In this document: piece by piece, positions 11,685 through 23,140 of the stretch
Layout of the letters: every line of letters starts with the position of its first letter
Position numbering within the stretch: the first letter of the stretch is position 1
Assembly (NCBI RefSeq): GCF_032444005.1
Contig: NC_091282.1
Span: 1,129,516,001-1,129,580,000, forward strand
DNA: 64,000 bases
Direction: 5' to 3'
From: Ranitomeya imitator
Taxonomy: Eukaryota
The notes under the pieces: generated by a model
What the model saw: only the letters and a program-made list of their open reading frames with translations
Told to the model about the DNA's origin: nothing
The model's database searches: none
Made by a program: the position numbers and the translations under genes

Positions 11685-13115
11685 GGCTCTAAAAGTGAAC
11701 CTGGAAATTATAGGCCAGTAAGTCTAACCTCTATTGTTGGTAAAATATTTGAAGGGTTTCTGAGGGATGTTATTCTGGATTATCTCAATGAGAATAACTG
11801 TTTAACTCCATATCAGCATGGGTTTATGAGAAATCGCTCCTGTCAAACCAATCTAATCAGTTTTTATGAAGAGGTAAGCTATAGACTGGACCACGGTGAG
11901 TCATTGGACGTGGTATATCTCGATTTTTCCAAAGCGTTTGATACCGTGCCGCATAAGAGGTTGGTACACAAAATGAGAATGCTTGGTCTGGGGGAAAATG
12001 TGTGTAAATGGGTTAGTAACTGGCTTAGTGATAGAAAGCAGAGGGTGGTTATAAATGGTATAGTCTCTAACTGGGTCGCTGTGACCAGTGGGGTACCGCA
12101 GGGGTCAGTATTTGGACCTGTTCTCTTCAACATATTCATTAATGATCTGGTAGAAGGTTTACACAGTAAAATATCGATATTTGCAGATGATACAAAACTA
12201 TGTAAAGCAGTTAATACAAGAGAAGATAGTATTCTGCTACAGATGGATCTGGATAAGTTGGAAACTTGGGCTGAAAGGTGGCAGATGAGGTTTAACAATG
12301 ATAAATGTAAGGTTATACACATGGGAAGAGGGAATCAATATCACCATTACACACTGAACGGGAAACCACTGGGTAAATCTGACAGGGAGAAGGACTTGGG
12401 GATCCTAGTTAATGATAAACTTACCTGGAGCAGCCAGTGCCAGGCAGCAGCTGCCAAGGCAAACAGGATCATGGGGTGCATTAAAAGAGGTCTGGATACA
12501 CATGATGAGAGTATTATACTGCCTCTGTACAAATCCCTAGTTAGACCGCACATGAAGTACTGTGTCCACTTTTGGGCACCGGTGCTCAGGAAGGATATAA
12601 TGGAACTAGAGAGAGTACAAAGGAGGGCAACAAAATTAATAAAGGGGATGGGAGAACTACAATACCCAGATAGATTAGCGAAATTAGGATTATTTAGTCT
12701 AGAAAAAAGACGACTGAGGGGCGATCTAATAACCATGTATAAGTATATAAGGGGACAATACAAATATCTCGCTGAGGATCTGTTTATACCAAGGAAGGTG
12801 ACGGGCACAAGGGGGCATTCTTTGCGTCTGGAGGAGAGAAGGTTTTTCCACCAACATAGAAGCGGATTCTTTACTGTTAGGGCAGTGAGAATCTGGAATT
12901 GCTTGCCTGAGGAGGTGGTGATGGCGAACTCAGTCGAGGGGTTCAAGAGAGGCCTGGATGTCTTCCTGGAGCATAACAATATTGTATCATACAATTATTA
13001 GGTTCTGTAGAAGGACGTAGATCTGGGTATTTATTATGATGGAATATAGGCTGAACTGGATGGACAAATGTCTTTTTTCGGCCTTACTAACTATGTTACT
13101 ATGTTACTATGTTAC
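11685..13115 (+). mobile_element. CR1 LINE copy B, 5'-truncated, inserted antisense into copy A
   Basis: Begins GGCTCTAAAAGTGAACCTGG (GSKSEPGNYRPV) and ends in a (TATGTTAC)3 tail at 13092-13115. TTA flanks both sides (11682-11684, 13116-13118). Confidence 0.95.
11826..13001 (+). CDS. CR1 ORF2 reverse transcriptase, C-terminal 391 aa of copy B
   Basis: Same motifs as 10402-11577; 4 amino-acid differences (L/F, E/K, R/S, Q/H). Confidence 0.9.
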   Translation: MRNRSCQTNLISFYEEVSYRLDHGESLDVVYLDFSKAFDTVPHKRLVHKMRMLGLGENVCKWVSNWLSDRKQRVVINGIVSNWVAVTSGVPQGSVFGPVLFNIFINDLVEGLHSKISIFADDTKLCKAVNTREDSILLQMDLDKLETWAERWQMRFNNDKCKVIHMGRGNQYHHYTLNGKPLGKSDREKDLGILVNDKLTWSSQCQAAAAKANRIMGCIKRGLDTHDESIILPLYKSLVRPHMKYCVHFWAPVLRKDIMELERVQRRATKLIKGMGELQYPDRLAKLGLFSLEKRRLRGDLITMYKYIRGQYKYLAEDLFIPRKVTGTRGHSLRLEERRFFHQHRSGFFTVRAVRIWNCLPEEVVMANSVEGFKRGLDVFLEHNNIVSYNY

Positions 13116-13386
13116 TTACTGGCCTATAATTTCCAGGTTCACTTTTAGAGCCCTTTTTGAATATTGGCACCACATTTGCTATGCGCCAGTCCTGCGGAAC
13201 AGACCCTGTCGCTATAGAGTCACTAAAAATAAGAAATAATGGTTTATCTATTACATTACTTAGTTCTCTTAGTACTCGTGGGTGTATGCCATCCGGACCC
13301 GGAGATTTATCTATTTTAATCTTATTTAGCCGGTTTCGCACCTCTTCTTGGGTTAGATTGGTGACCCTTAATATAGGGTTTTCACC
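13116..13386 (-). mobile_element. CR1 LINE copy A, 5' part
   Basis: Minus-strand peptide RNRLNKIKIDKSPGPDGIHPRVLRELS..DWRIANVVPIFKKGSKSEPGNYRPV, which precedes the RT core of the left arm. 5' truncation point approximate. Confidence 0.9.
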
Positions 13387-13977
13387 ATGTCACCATGTAT
13401 GTCACCATGTGCAGAAGTGCCAGCAGCTGAAAGGGCATCCAAGTCTAAGGATGCTCCGGAATGGGTAGTCAGGGTTCTCGACCACTCATATGGTCTGGGG
13501 AGTTTGGCTGGCCCCAGAGAGGAAGAGGATTACAGATTGCTTGAACTTGGATGGGGTGGCAAGCAAAAGGAGAAGAGGTCTAGAAAGGACATTTCCAAGA
13601 GGCATATACCACACAAAAAGGGACATGGAAGGGGTACATGGCTGTCATTGGATTGCTGGATGCAGGCGTGCAGTTGAAGTGCCGACCCCTGCTGCTGGAT
13701 GTCATTCAGCAAGACCTGGGGACCACAGTGACAATACAACAGGACCTAAGGGACCACTGGTTGTGGGTGAGCCATCAGACAGCTCGGATGAAGAGGATGG
13801 ACTGCTGTTATCGGATGAAGAGAAAGAGACGGACACACGGGGGACATGCGCAACAGCTGTTCCAAGTTGCCCTCGTAGTCAGCCTGGTAAGAAACATGGT
13901 CACTGTACGTTAGTATGCAAGGAGAGTGTGGTTGGTGCAAGGCAGGCAGCAGATGACAATGAGGTGTCACAATTGTT

Positions 13978-14538
13978 GTGGATGATGAGATAATGGATTG
14001 GTGCTGCGGGAGCCTCCCCAGCAGCTGTGTGGCAGAGGAGAAAGAGGAAAAAGAGTGGCGGATGTATCGCTTGATTCCTCGGACATTTGCTAATTGGTTT
14101 CAGGCATTTGCCATATTGTCTAGTGTGATAGTGGAAAAGGCACCTGAGAACTGCTCGGCACAGTTTAGCTACTTGGACGGAATAGAGGAAGCATACTATA
14201 CTTATGGGGGTGTTGGATGGGTACGCTATGATGAGCAGGTTAGACAGCAGAAGGTGGTACGTCCATATTTGCGGTGGGAACACAAGGAGAACAGTCTACG
14301 GATGGGACTGATGACAACGCTGCGAGCTGCCTTGCAATCATTTCTGGGTCCACCGGGGGTCCTGCCAATTTGGGGGGATCTGTGGCAGGCACCCGGAAGG
14401 GAGTGTGTTGACAATTTAACAAGAAAGAGTTCAGTTTTGGCTCATTATGTAGATTTAGGACCAAATGTTCAGGTTGCAGAGGAAACCAAAGCTTCACAAA
14501 ATGCTTTAAGAAAGGGAAAGGAATGTAGCATCATCTAA
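13978..14538 (+). pseudogene. Ngaro gag-like ORF, conserved C-terminal part
   Basis: Peptide FANWFQAFAILSSVIVEKAPE..YLDGIEEAYYTYGGVGWVRYDEQVRQ resembles vertebrate DIRS/Ngaro ORF1; lies upstream of RT. Confidence 0.7.
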
Positions 14539-14699
14539 ATAGATACCGAGACAAAGAGGCAGACAGTTTTTTTACTGATGGTTTTAGTTACGGTTTTAGA
14601 ATTCTTTCCATAGTAAACAGAGTTTCTATGGAAGTATGTAATTTAAAGTTGGCAAGATTATGGCCCCGTTTTTTGTTTTTTTTTAAAAACTAGCAAAAG

Positions 14700-17600
14700 A
14701 AGTGGAATTGGGGAGAGTAGCGGGCCCCTACAGGGACCACCTTTTACTGAATTTGAGAATTTCTCCTTTGTGGTTGGTCCCAAAGAAGAAACCTAACAAA
14801 TTCTGGATGGCATATCATTTATCGTACCTGGGGGGTAATCAGTAAACGACAAGATAAATCCGAAGTTGTTTCATGGATCATATGTGTCCTTTGATAGAGC
14901 GGCGGGGGAGGAGGGAGTCTCCAGTGTGTGTGGTGCATTTGAACACAATGAAGCAGGTGTCTGGGAATTTTGGTATACTGTTGGCTCCAGAAAAAATGGA
15001 AGGCCCAAGAACAACGTTAACACTTTTTGAAATTTAAATAGATACTATGTTAATGGAATGTTGTCTCCCCGAGCGCAAAAGTAGATGATTTAAAGGCAGT
15101 TATAAGAAAGACATTGCGAGCAAAAAAGATCTGCGCGAATTCCAATTATTATTGGGCAAATTTCATTTTGAAAGTAAGATATTGCCAATGGTTAGAATTT
15201 TTTTCTAGAAGGTTGGCTTGGTCTACTGCGGAGACACGACTCATGCATTTCATATGCTTCAATTCAAATCAGAAGGCAGGCTGCATGTTCTGAAGTTGTA
15301 TAACAGTTGTTCTTTATGGATGGAAGAAATGATTTCCAGTGTGGATTTAGAGATCTGGAAAAGAGATGGAAAAGATCCCACTCCAACGAGCACTTCATCG
15401 CATTCAAACAGTCCCTCACTACTTTCAAAACCACTCTCGCCACAGCAAAACAAACCTACTTCTCATCTCTCATATCCTCCCTGTCTCACAACCCTAAACA
15501 GTTATTCAACACCTTCAACTCTCTCCTCCGTCCCCCAGCACCTCCTCCCTCCCCACTCATCTCAACTGAAGACTTTGCCTCATTTTTCAAGCAGAAGATT
15601 GAGAACATCAGAGACAGTTTTAGGCGACAACCCCAGAGCCCTTCCTCCCAACTACCCAGCCCTCCACCTCCAAAACCAACTTCTCCACCATTACAGAAGC
15701 TCGACTCTCCACTCTACTCTCAAGATCGCATCTCACCACCTGTGCACTTGACCTGATCCCTTCCCACTTCATCCCAAACCTTGCCACAGTCTTCATCCCA
15801 ACCCTAACCCATCTCTTCAACCTATCACTAACAACTGGTGTTTTCCCCTCAAGCTTTAAACATGCCTCAATCACACCTATCCTCAAAAAGCCCTCTCTTA
15901 ACCCATCCTCTGTATCGAGCTATCACTCTATATCACTTCTCCCCTATGCCTCAAAATTACTGGAACAACACGTCCATCTTGAACTGTCCTCCCATCTATC
16001 TTCCTGCTCCCTCTTCGACCACTTACAATCAGGCTTCCGGTCACACCACTCCACTGAAACTGCCCTAACTAAGGTCACCAATGACCTATTAGCCGCCAAG
16101 AGCAAACAACACTACCCTATCCTCCTCCTCCTGGACCTGTCCTCTGCCTTTGACACAGTGGACCATTCCCTGTTGCTGCGGACCCTCTCATCCTTTGGCA
16201 TCACAGATTTGGCCCTATCCAGGATCTCGTTATACCTAACTGACCGGACATTCAGTGTCTCCCACTCACACACCACCTCCTCACCTCGCCATCTATCTAT
16301 CTGTCAGAGTCCTGCAAGGCTCAGTTCTAGGGCCCCTGCTCTTCTCCATTTACACTTTTGGCCTGGGACAGCTCATAGAATCTCACGGTTTTCAGTATCA
16401 TCTCCATGCTGACGACACACAGATCTTCATCTCTGGACCAGATATCACCACCCTACTAGCCAGAATCCCTCAATGTCTATCCACTATTTCATACTTCTTC
16501 TCCGCTAGATTTCTAAAACTTAACATGGACAAAACCGAATTTATCATCTTTCCCCCATCTAATGCGACTCCCTCTCCCCAGTCCCACAAGCTCTCTGTCT
16601 CAGAGTAATCCTTGACACTGACCTCTCCTTCAAACCGCATATCCAAGCCTTTTCCACTTCCTGCCACCTTCAACTCAAAAATATTTCACGGATCTGTACA
16701 TTCCTCAACCAAGAATCTTCAAAAACCCTAGTCCATGCCCTCATCATCTCCCGCCTCGACTACTGTAACCTCCTGCTCTGTGGCCTCCCCTCTAACACTC
16801 TTGCACCCCTCCAATCTATTCTAAACTCTGCTGCTCGACTAATCCACCTGTCCCCCCGCTATTCCCCGGCCTCTCCCCTCTGTCAATCCCTTCACTGGCT
16901 CCTCATTACCCAGAGATTCCAGTGCAAAAGCCTAACCATGACATACAAAGCCATCCACAACTTGTCTCCTCCATACATCTGTGACCTCGTCTCCCGGTAT
17001 TTTCCTGCACGCAACCTCCGATCCTCACAAGATCTCCTTCTCTACTCCCCTCTTACCTCCTCTTCCCACAATCGCATACAAGATTTCTCTCGCGCATCAC
17101 CCCTACTGTGGAACTCTCTACCGCAACATATCAGACTCTTACCTACCATTGAAACCTTCAAAAAGAACCTGAAGAACTACCTCTTCCGGCAAGCCTACAA
17201 CCTGCAGTAATCACCGATCGACCAAACCACTGCATGACCAGCTCTATCCTCACCTACTGTATCCTCATCCATCCCTTGTAGACTGTGAGCCCTCGCGGGC
17301 AGGGTCCTCTCTCCTCCTGTACCAGTCGTGACTTGTATTGTTCAAGATTATTGTACTTGTTTTTATTATGTATACCCCTCCTCACATGTAAAGCACCATG
17401 GAATAAATGGCGCTATAATAATAAATAATAATAATAATTTAGAGTTACTGACGGTAGGGTCACATGCTTTTGGGGCATTCTTTCAAGGAAAATGGTTTGT
17501 GGTGTAATATCCACTTACGTGGAAGTAAAGCAGTTAACCAGGAATTTGGTGGTCCTGGAATTGTTTCCAATTGTTATAGCGGTTGATGTCTGGGGTGAGA

Positions 17601-17850
17601 TAACATGAGTGTGGTACAATGCATCAATAACATGTCAGCTCAATCTCTTCCAGTTTTAAACTTGATGTGGCATTTGGTTTTGAGATGCTTACAACTGAAT
17701 GTTTAGCTGCGGGCATTGCATGTGCCAGGGGTCAATAATTTCTTAGCTGATGCATTTTCTCGGTTTCAGCGTGCACAGTTACGGGAGCTGGCACTGTCAG
17801 CAGAGCAGCATGGATCCAATTGGCCGCATGACCTTTGGAATCTGGTATAA
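14700..17850 (+). pseudogene. Ngaro RT / RNase H, frameshifted and split by the L2 at 15353-17436
   Basis: RT N-terminal remnants (GRVAGPY.., RISPL..VPKK.PNKF, SVND). RNase H reads ..WMEEMISSVDLE | LLTVGSHAFGAFFQGKW across the L2 and ends HVPGVNNFLADAFSRFQ. Ends approximate. Confidence 0.75.
15353..17436 (+). mobile_element. L2 LINE, 5'-truncated, frameshifted ORF2
   Basis: Peptides [57 protein letters not shown]; 3' UTR with (AAT)n tail. Exact 8-bp TSD ATTTAGAG (15345-15352, 17437-17444). Confidence 0.9.
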
Positions 17851-18710
17851 GAGCAGCATTGAGGTGGGTTAGGAGATTTATTGCGCCTGGTATCTGGGCG
17901 AAGTACAAGGTGGTATGGAACTCTTGGCAACATTTGTATGCTTAGACATGAGTTTGCAAATCAGACAAGGAAAGCTTTTGCACACGGTTGGTAGATTATG
18001 CGAAGAATTTGTTTCTATATCAGTATTAAACAGTTGTATTGCAGATTTAGCCTTTTGGTTTAAATTATCAGGAGTCAGGGATGTTACTAAAAAGTATATG
18101 GTCCGGCAAGCTTTAAAGGGTTACAGAAGGGGTCAGACGATGTGGGATTGGAGACACCTGGTTTCTTTTGAGCTGTTGGGCAAGATGTTATGAATTTTGA
18201 ATGAAGTATGTGTGTCAGTTAGTCAGACGGTGTTATTTCAGCTGGCTTTTGTGTTAGCCCTCTTTGGCGCATTCAGGATTAGCGAATTGGTGAGTCATAG
18301 CGGTTTGCAGTATGGTGATGTGGTATGTGAATCAGGGGTTACCAGTTGCTTTTGGAGAAAATCAAAACGGACCAGGGTGATGTTGTGTAATTGAGTTATG
18401 GGCTGTTGAAGGCCTATTTGAATGCCTGGTGTTCTGGACAGCAAAATACATGGCACTGAGGGGGAGAACCCGGGATCTCTTCTGATTCAAGTTAATGGTT
18501 TGGCGTTATCACAGATTCAATTTATATCATTTTTTAGGAGGTGTTTGGTGGCCATCGGTACAGATGGGTCATAATTTGGTTCCAATTCATTTAGAATACA
18601 AGCAGCGACTGAGGCAGCACGTTGGGGGTTGATTGCATTTGTAGTATGCAAGATTGGCCGCTGGGAGTCTGAACGATTTCGGTCTTATGTTCATTTACAG
18701 TGGTTATAAT
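17850..18710 (+). pseudogene. Ngaro tyrosine recombinase (YR), degenerate
   Basis: Box I LAFVLALFGAFRISELV; box II S(N)SFRI(Q)AATEAA (normally HSFRIGAAT); IGRWES.RFRSYV with the catalytic Tyr. Stops and frameshifts present; ends approximate. Confidence 0.8.
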
Positions 18711-18772
18711 TTAGCGAGTAAAGGATGCTAGTGTGCAAGTTTTACAAGTTGAATGTTTATTTTCTTTTGCAG

Positions 18773-19299
18773 GTTTGTATGTAGTATGGGGAGCATTGAG
18801 GGCAGATGTCAGGCCCTCCTGGTGCAAGCTGGGCCTTTTAAAAGAAGAAGTCACAGTCCAATAAATTGAGGTTAGTGTTATGTTGTGGACGAGTCGCATG
18901 CTGGAATTTTATTTCCATTCAAATCTGGACAGACCCCCAGATATTTTAATTATACACGCAGGGGGAAATGACCTGGGTGTGAGGACATCAAGAGACTTGA
19001 TCTGCGATGTCAAATTTGATTGTCTGTGTCTCATGTCCTCATACCTGGGTATGGTGATTGTTTGGTCCACCATTTGCTGTGCTTGCATGGTGCGCATTAA
19101 ACTTAACAGGGAAGTAACCCATTTTCTGGCAAGAAATTAGACTATTATAACGAGGCATCGGGAATTGGAAACTCCATCCAGACAGCATTTGAGATGGGAT
19201 GGGGTTCATTTGTCTCCAATAGGAATTGATCTTTGGGTGCTGGGTTTAAGAGATGGCCTGGAAAGAGCAGTCAAGTTGTGGTGGGACATACACGCATAA
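18773..19299 (+). pseudogene. SGNH/GDSL hydrolase-like ORF of Ngaro, degenerate
   Basis: One frame reads VWGALRADVRP..*..PPDILIIHAGGNDLG..*..DGVHLSPIGIDLW..KLWWDIHA*, containing SGNH block III (GxND) and block V (DxxH). Two in-frame stops; block I (GHS) not seen. Confidence 0.75.
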
Positions 19300-19324
19300 G
19301 TTGTTGTCATGCATGCATGTCATG

Positions 19325-20510
19325 GAGGGAACGGGTCTGTGGAATGTCAACTGGTGGTATGAAAAAGGGTGGAGTAGGTGACCCATTTTGGTGGGGCTAT
19401 TCTCTCCTCCTTTTATAAGTGGTGAGAAAATACTTGGGGTCCCCACTGAGTCAAGGTTTCAGGGGGACAATCTTATGGGGGTGTGCCATTCAGCAGGAGG
19501 GTCCCTGAATCAGTGCGTTGCAGTTGGGGCAGAGAGGAGCAGTTGATGGCACTAAGTTTATTGGCTGAGCTTCCTTAGACCCTTATGTTTTACTTAATAT
19601 GTTAATCTTATTTAATAAAGGCTGCTGTGGCCAATATATGCAAATCCCACAGTGTTTGTCTTTATTATGGGTTAGAGAAGGTGAAGCGTTAACGGAGGGA
19701 TGGCAAATATGGGAAGAGGTTTTTGGTTGGTTGCAGGCTGAAGTCAGCCATTCCTTAGTCAAAAAGGTCACGGAGTGCAAGCCCAAATGGCTAATGGAGG
19801 GCAACATGATTAGGATGCCTGCTAGGTCTCAGTAAAGTTAAGTATAGGGATCACATCAGGTAGGAAAAATCTAAGCTAGCATTTTTGGTGTTGAGGGGTA
19901 GGCTCTCAGGAAACTTTCGGGTTGTAGTCCATAAGAGGGTCCTCCCATGGGAACTTAACTGATGGGAAGAGGGCTCAAGGTATATTGAGTAGCCGGGGGT
20001 GGGATAGGCACAGTCCATTTGTGGATCCAAGTCCCACCCCCTTTGAAATGTTACAAGGATGGTAAGAAGTTAATGTGTATGTTTAGCTGGTGGGCTGCTT
20101 GGGTTAACCCTAATGTTATGGCAGCTGGTGGGAACGGGTCTGTGGAAAGCCAATTGGTTTTATGGAAAAGGAGGACAGTATGTGACCCATTTTGCTGGGG
20201 TCAATCTCATTCCCTCCTCCTTTTATAAGTGGTGAGAAAATACTTGGGGTCCCCTCTGCGATGTGGTTGGGGAAGAGAGGAGCAGCTGATGGCACTAAGT
20301 TCATTGGTTGAGCTACCATAGACACTTCTCCTTATGTTTTACTTAATATGTTAATGTTATTTAATAAATTCTGCAGTGGTCAATTTATCCAAACCCCACA
20401 GTGTTTGTCTTTATTATGGGTTAGGGAAGGCGAGAAGTTAATGGTGGGATGTCAACTTGGTGAAGGGGTTTTTGGTTGGGTGCAGGCTGAAGTCAGCCAT
20501 TCCTTAGTCA
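19325..20510 (+). repeat. Ngaro 3' split direct repeats B1-A2-B2
   Basis: B1 and B2 share the exact stretch CTCCTCCTTTTATAAGTGGTGAGAAAATACTTGGGGTCCCC and the same 3' end. A2 aligns to 9072-9890 after removing the solo LTR (roughly three-quarters identical by eye). Confidence 0.85.
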
Positions 20511-21595
20511 TGATATGTACACACACTTTACATGCTAGAGGAAACATGCAGTTTTAGCACTGTTTTAAGGAGTTGCACGGTCAATGAAAATGTGAAAATA
20601 ATAATGAATATTGATTATAATAAATCTGAATAAAATAAAATAATAAAACACCGATCATTCTGATGCTATCCGTGTCCCTCGCTGGTCCCTGCACTTCTTG
20701 CTCCAATATTCGGTTAATTTTAATTATTATCCACATTTGCATTTGTTTTCCCATCATCGATACTGAAATTAATTTTTATGGACTGTATTAAGGAGTTTTA
20801 ACAGGATTAAGGACAGGAAGTCCACGAACATATCCGGCCCCATGATCGCTATAATTTCTAAATCTGAGAAATGTTTTGCAAAACTGCACGTTGGTGACAT
20901 TGCCATTCCTACAGGTTATGCTTAATGTGACAAGATTGGATTATGAGAAAGTGTCCAAAGGAAGGATCAAAATGATCTCCTATGAACAAACAGGTTGAGA
21001 GATAGCAAAGTGTCATTCCACTAAGAATTGTAATGTAAAGAATAAAGATTGATTGCCTCTTTCTAAAAGTCAACATGCAATGACTTAGCTCACAGTACAC
21101 AATAAAACACAAAAACAAGCCCAAATTGTCACAAAACAAGCAACACATCTGAGCATCATTATAGGATTCTATAAATAGAAGCGAAATCAAATAATAAAAT
21201 AAATAACACCAACACAAAACTACTGGCAAAACAAACTGTCTCAGCCTCCTAATGGTTTAGAACCTGATTGAGCCTGAAAAACAGATGTTTTTTTTCTTGT
21301 ATTTTGTGGTTGTTTGCTATTGTTAGGATATAAATATAGGACAACTTGACATCTGAGCCAGATAATGACCAGATCAACACTGGCCTATTTTAAAGAGAAT
21401 GTTTCATAGATAAAATGACTTATCGTTTAATTCAAAGTTTTTATTTGAAACATTTTTTTTTCTAAATTTATTGTTTGGTTTTATAATTCAAATGTATTGT
21501 TCACTATATTAAAAGGGTGGTCTGAAATTAACCTTAACAGTTTATCTTAAATGTCTATCTTTTCAATGTAATAATCTATTCTCTTTTCTGATATA

Positions 21596-23140
21596 CAGTG
21601 GGGAGAATAAATATTTGATACGCTGAATATTTTACACGTTTTTCCACCTACAAAGGATGGAGAGGTCTGTAATTTTTATCGTAGGTACACTTCACCTGTG
21701 AGAGACAGAATCTAAAAGTAAAAATAAAGAAAATCACATTGTATGATTTTGAAATAATTAAATTGCATTTTATTGCATGAAATAAGCATTTGATCACCTG
21801 CCAGCTAGCAATAATTCTGGTTCTCACAGACCTGTTACATTTTCGTTAAGAAGCCCTCCTCCTCTGCACTCATTACCTTTATTAATTGTACCTGTTTGGA
21901 CTTGTTACCTGTATAAAAGACAACTGTCCACACAATCAATCACTCTCCAACTTCTCCACCATGGCCAAGACCAAAGAGCTGTCTAAGGACACCAGGTACA
22001 AAATTGTAGCCTTACAATAGGCAAGCAGCTTGGTGAGAGGGCAACAACCGTTGGTGCAATTATTAGAAAATGGAAGAAACAAAAGATGACCGTCAATCTT
22101 CCTTGGTCTGGGGCTCCATGCAAGATTTTGCCTCGTGGAGCAAGGATGATTCTGAGGAATGTCAGGAATCAGCTTAGAACTACACGGGAGGACCTGGTAA
22201 ATGACCTAAAGAGAGCTGGGACTACAAGTCTCAAACATTATCATTAGTAACACACTACGCCATCATGGATTAAAATCCTGAAGAGCACAGAAGGTCCTCC
22301 TGCTCACGCCAGCACATGCCCAGGCCCGTTTGAAGTTCACCAATTACCATCTGGATGATCCAGAGTAGGTATGGGAGAATGTCATGTGGTCAGATGAAAC
22401 AAAAAAAAAACTTTTTGGAATCAACTCCACTCCGTGCTTGGAGGAGGAATGTTTCGATGCTTCACCATCCAACAGTGAAGCATGGAGGGGAAACATACTT
22501 TGGGGGTGCTTTTCTGCAAATGAGACAGGATGACTGCATCGCATTGAAGGGAGGGTAGATGGGGTCATGTACTGTAACTCAAGATTTTGGCCAACTACCT
22601 CGTTCTCTCAGTAAGAGCATTGAAGATGGGTCATGGCTGGGTCTTCCAGCATGACAATGACCTGAAACACACTGCCAGCGCAACTAAGAAGTGACTTCAT
22701 AAGAAGCATTTGAAGGTGCTGGAGTGGCCCAGGCAGTCTCCAGACCCGAACCCATTAGAAAATCTTTGGAGGGAGCTGAAACTCAATGTTGCCCAGCAGC
22801 AGTCAAGAAAACCTAAAAGATCTGGAGAAGATCTGTATGGAAAAGCGGGCCAAAATCCCTGCTGCAGGGTGTGCAAACTTGGTCAAAAAACTACATGAAA
22901 CGTCTGACCTCTATAATTGCAAACAAAGTTCTGCTTTTCTATTGTATCAAATATTTAGTTCATGCAATAAAATGCAAATTAATTATGTAAAAATCATATA
23001 ATGTGATTTTCTGGATTTTATTAAGATTCTGTCTTTACAGTTGAAGTGTTCTTGCAATAAAAATTACAGACCTCTTTATTCTTTGTAGGTGGAATAACTT
23101 GCTAAATCAGCAGTGTATCAAATACTTATTTTCCCCATTG
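21596..23140 (+). mobile_element. Tc1-family transposon, full-length but decayed
   Basis: Imperfect TIRs CAGTGGGGAGAATAAATATTTGATAC / GTATCAAATACTTATTTTCCCCATTG; TA on the left, CA on the right (mutated TSD); subterminal inverted match continues inward. Confidence 0.9.
21961..22958 (+). pseudogene. DD34E Tc1 transposase pseudogene
   Basis: Starts [12 protein letters not shown]; motifs WSDETK, FQHDND and [11 protein letters not shown] with 34 residues between D and E; stops, frameshifts and deletions. 3' end approximate. Confidence 0.9.

Larger units (their letters stand above)
9072..20510 (+). mobile_element. Ngaro-type (DIRS order) tyrosine-recombinase retrotransposon, degenerate, with nested LTR, CR1 and L2 insertions
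   Basis: Order gag - RT - RNase H - YR - SGNH hydrolase. Split direct repeats A1 (~9072-9890) ... B1 (~19325-19761) A2 (19762-~20030) B2 (~20128-20510), the A1..B1A2B2 layout known for Ngaro. B1 and B2 both end AGCCATTCCTTAGTCA. Confidence 0.85.

Noticed and set aside
10409-12994. ORFs of 215 and 147 aa overlapping the CR1 RT (10409-11056, 11081-11524, 11879-12322, 12347-12994)
   Set aside because: Antisense shadows of the CR1 ORF2; they are duplicated only because of the palindrome.
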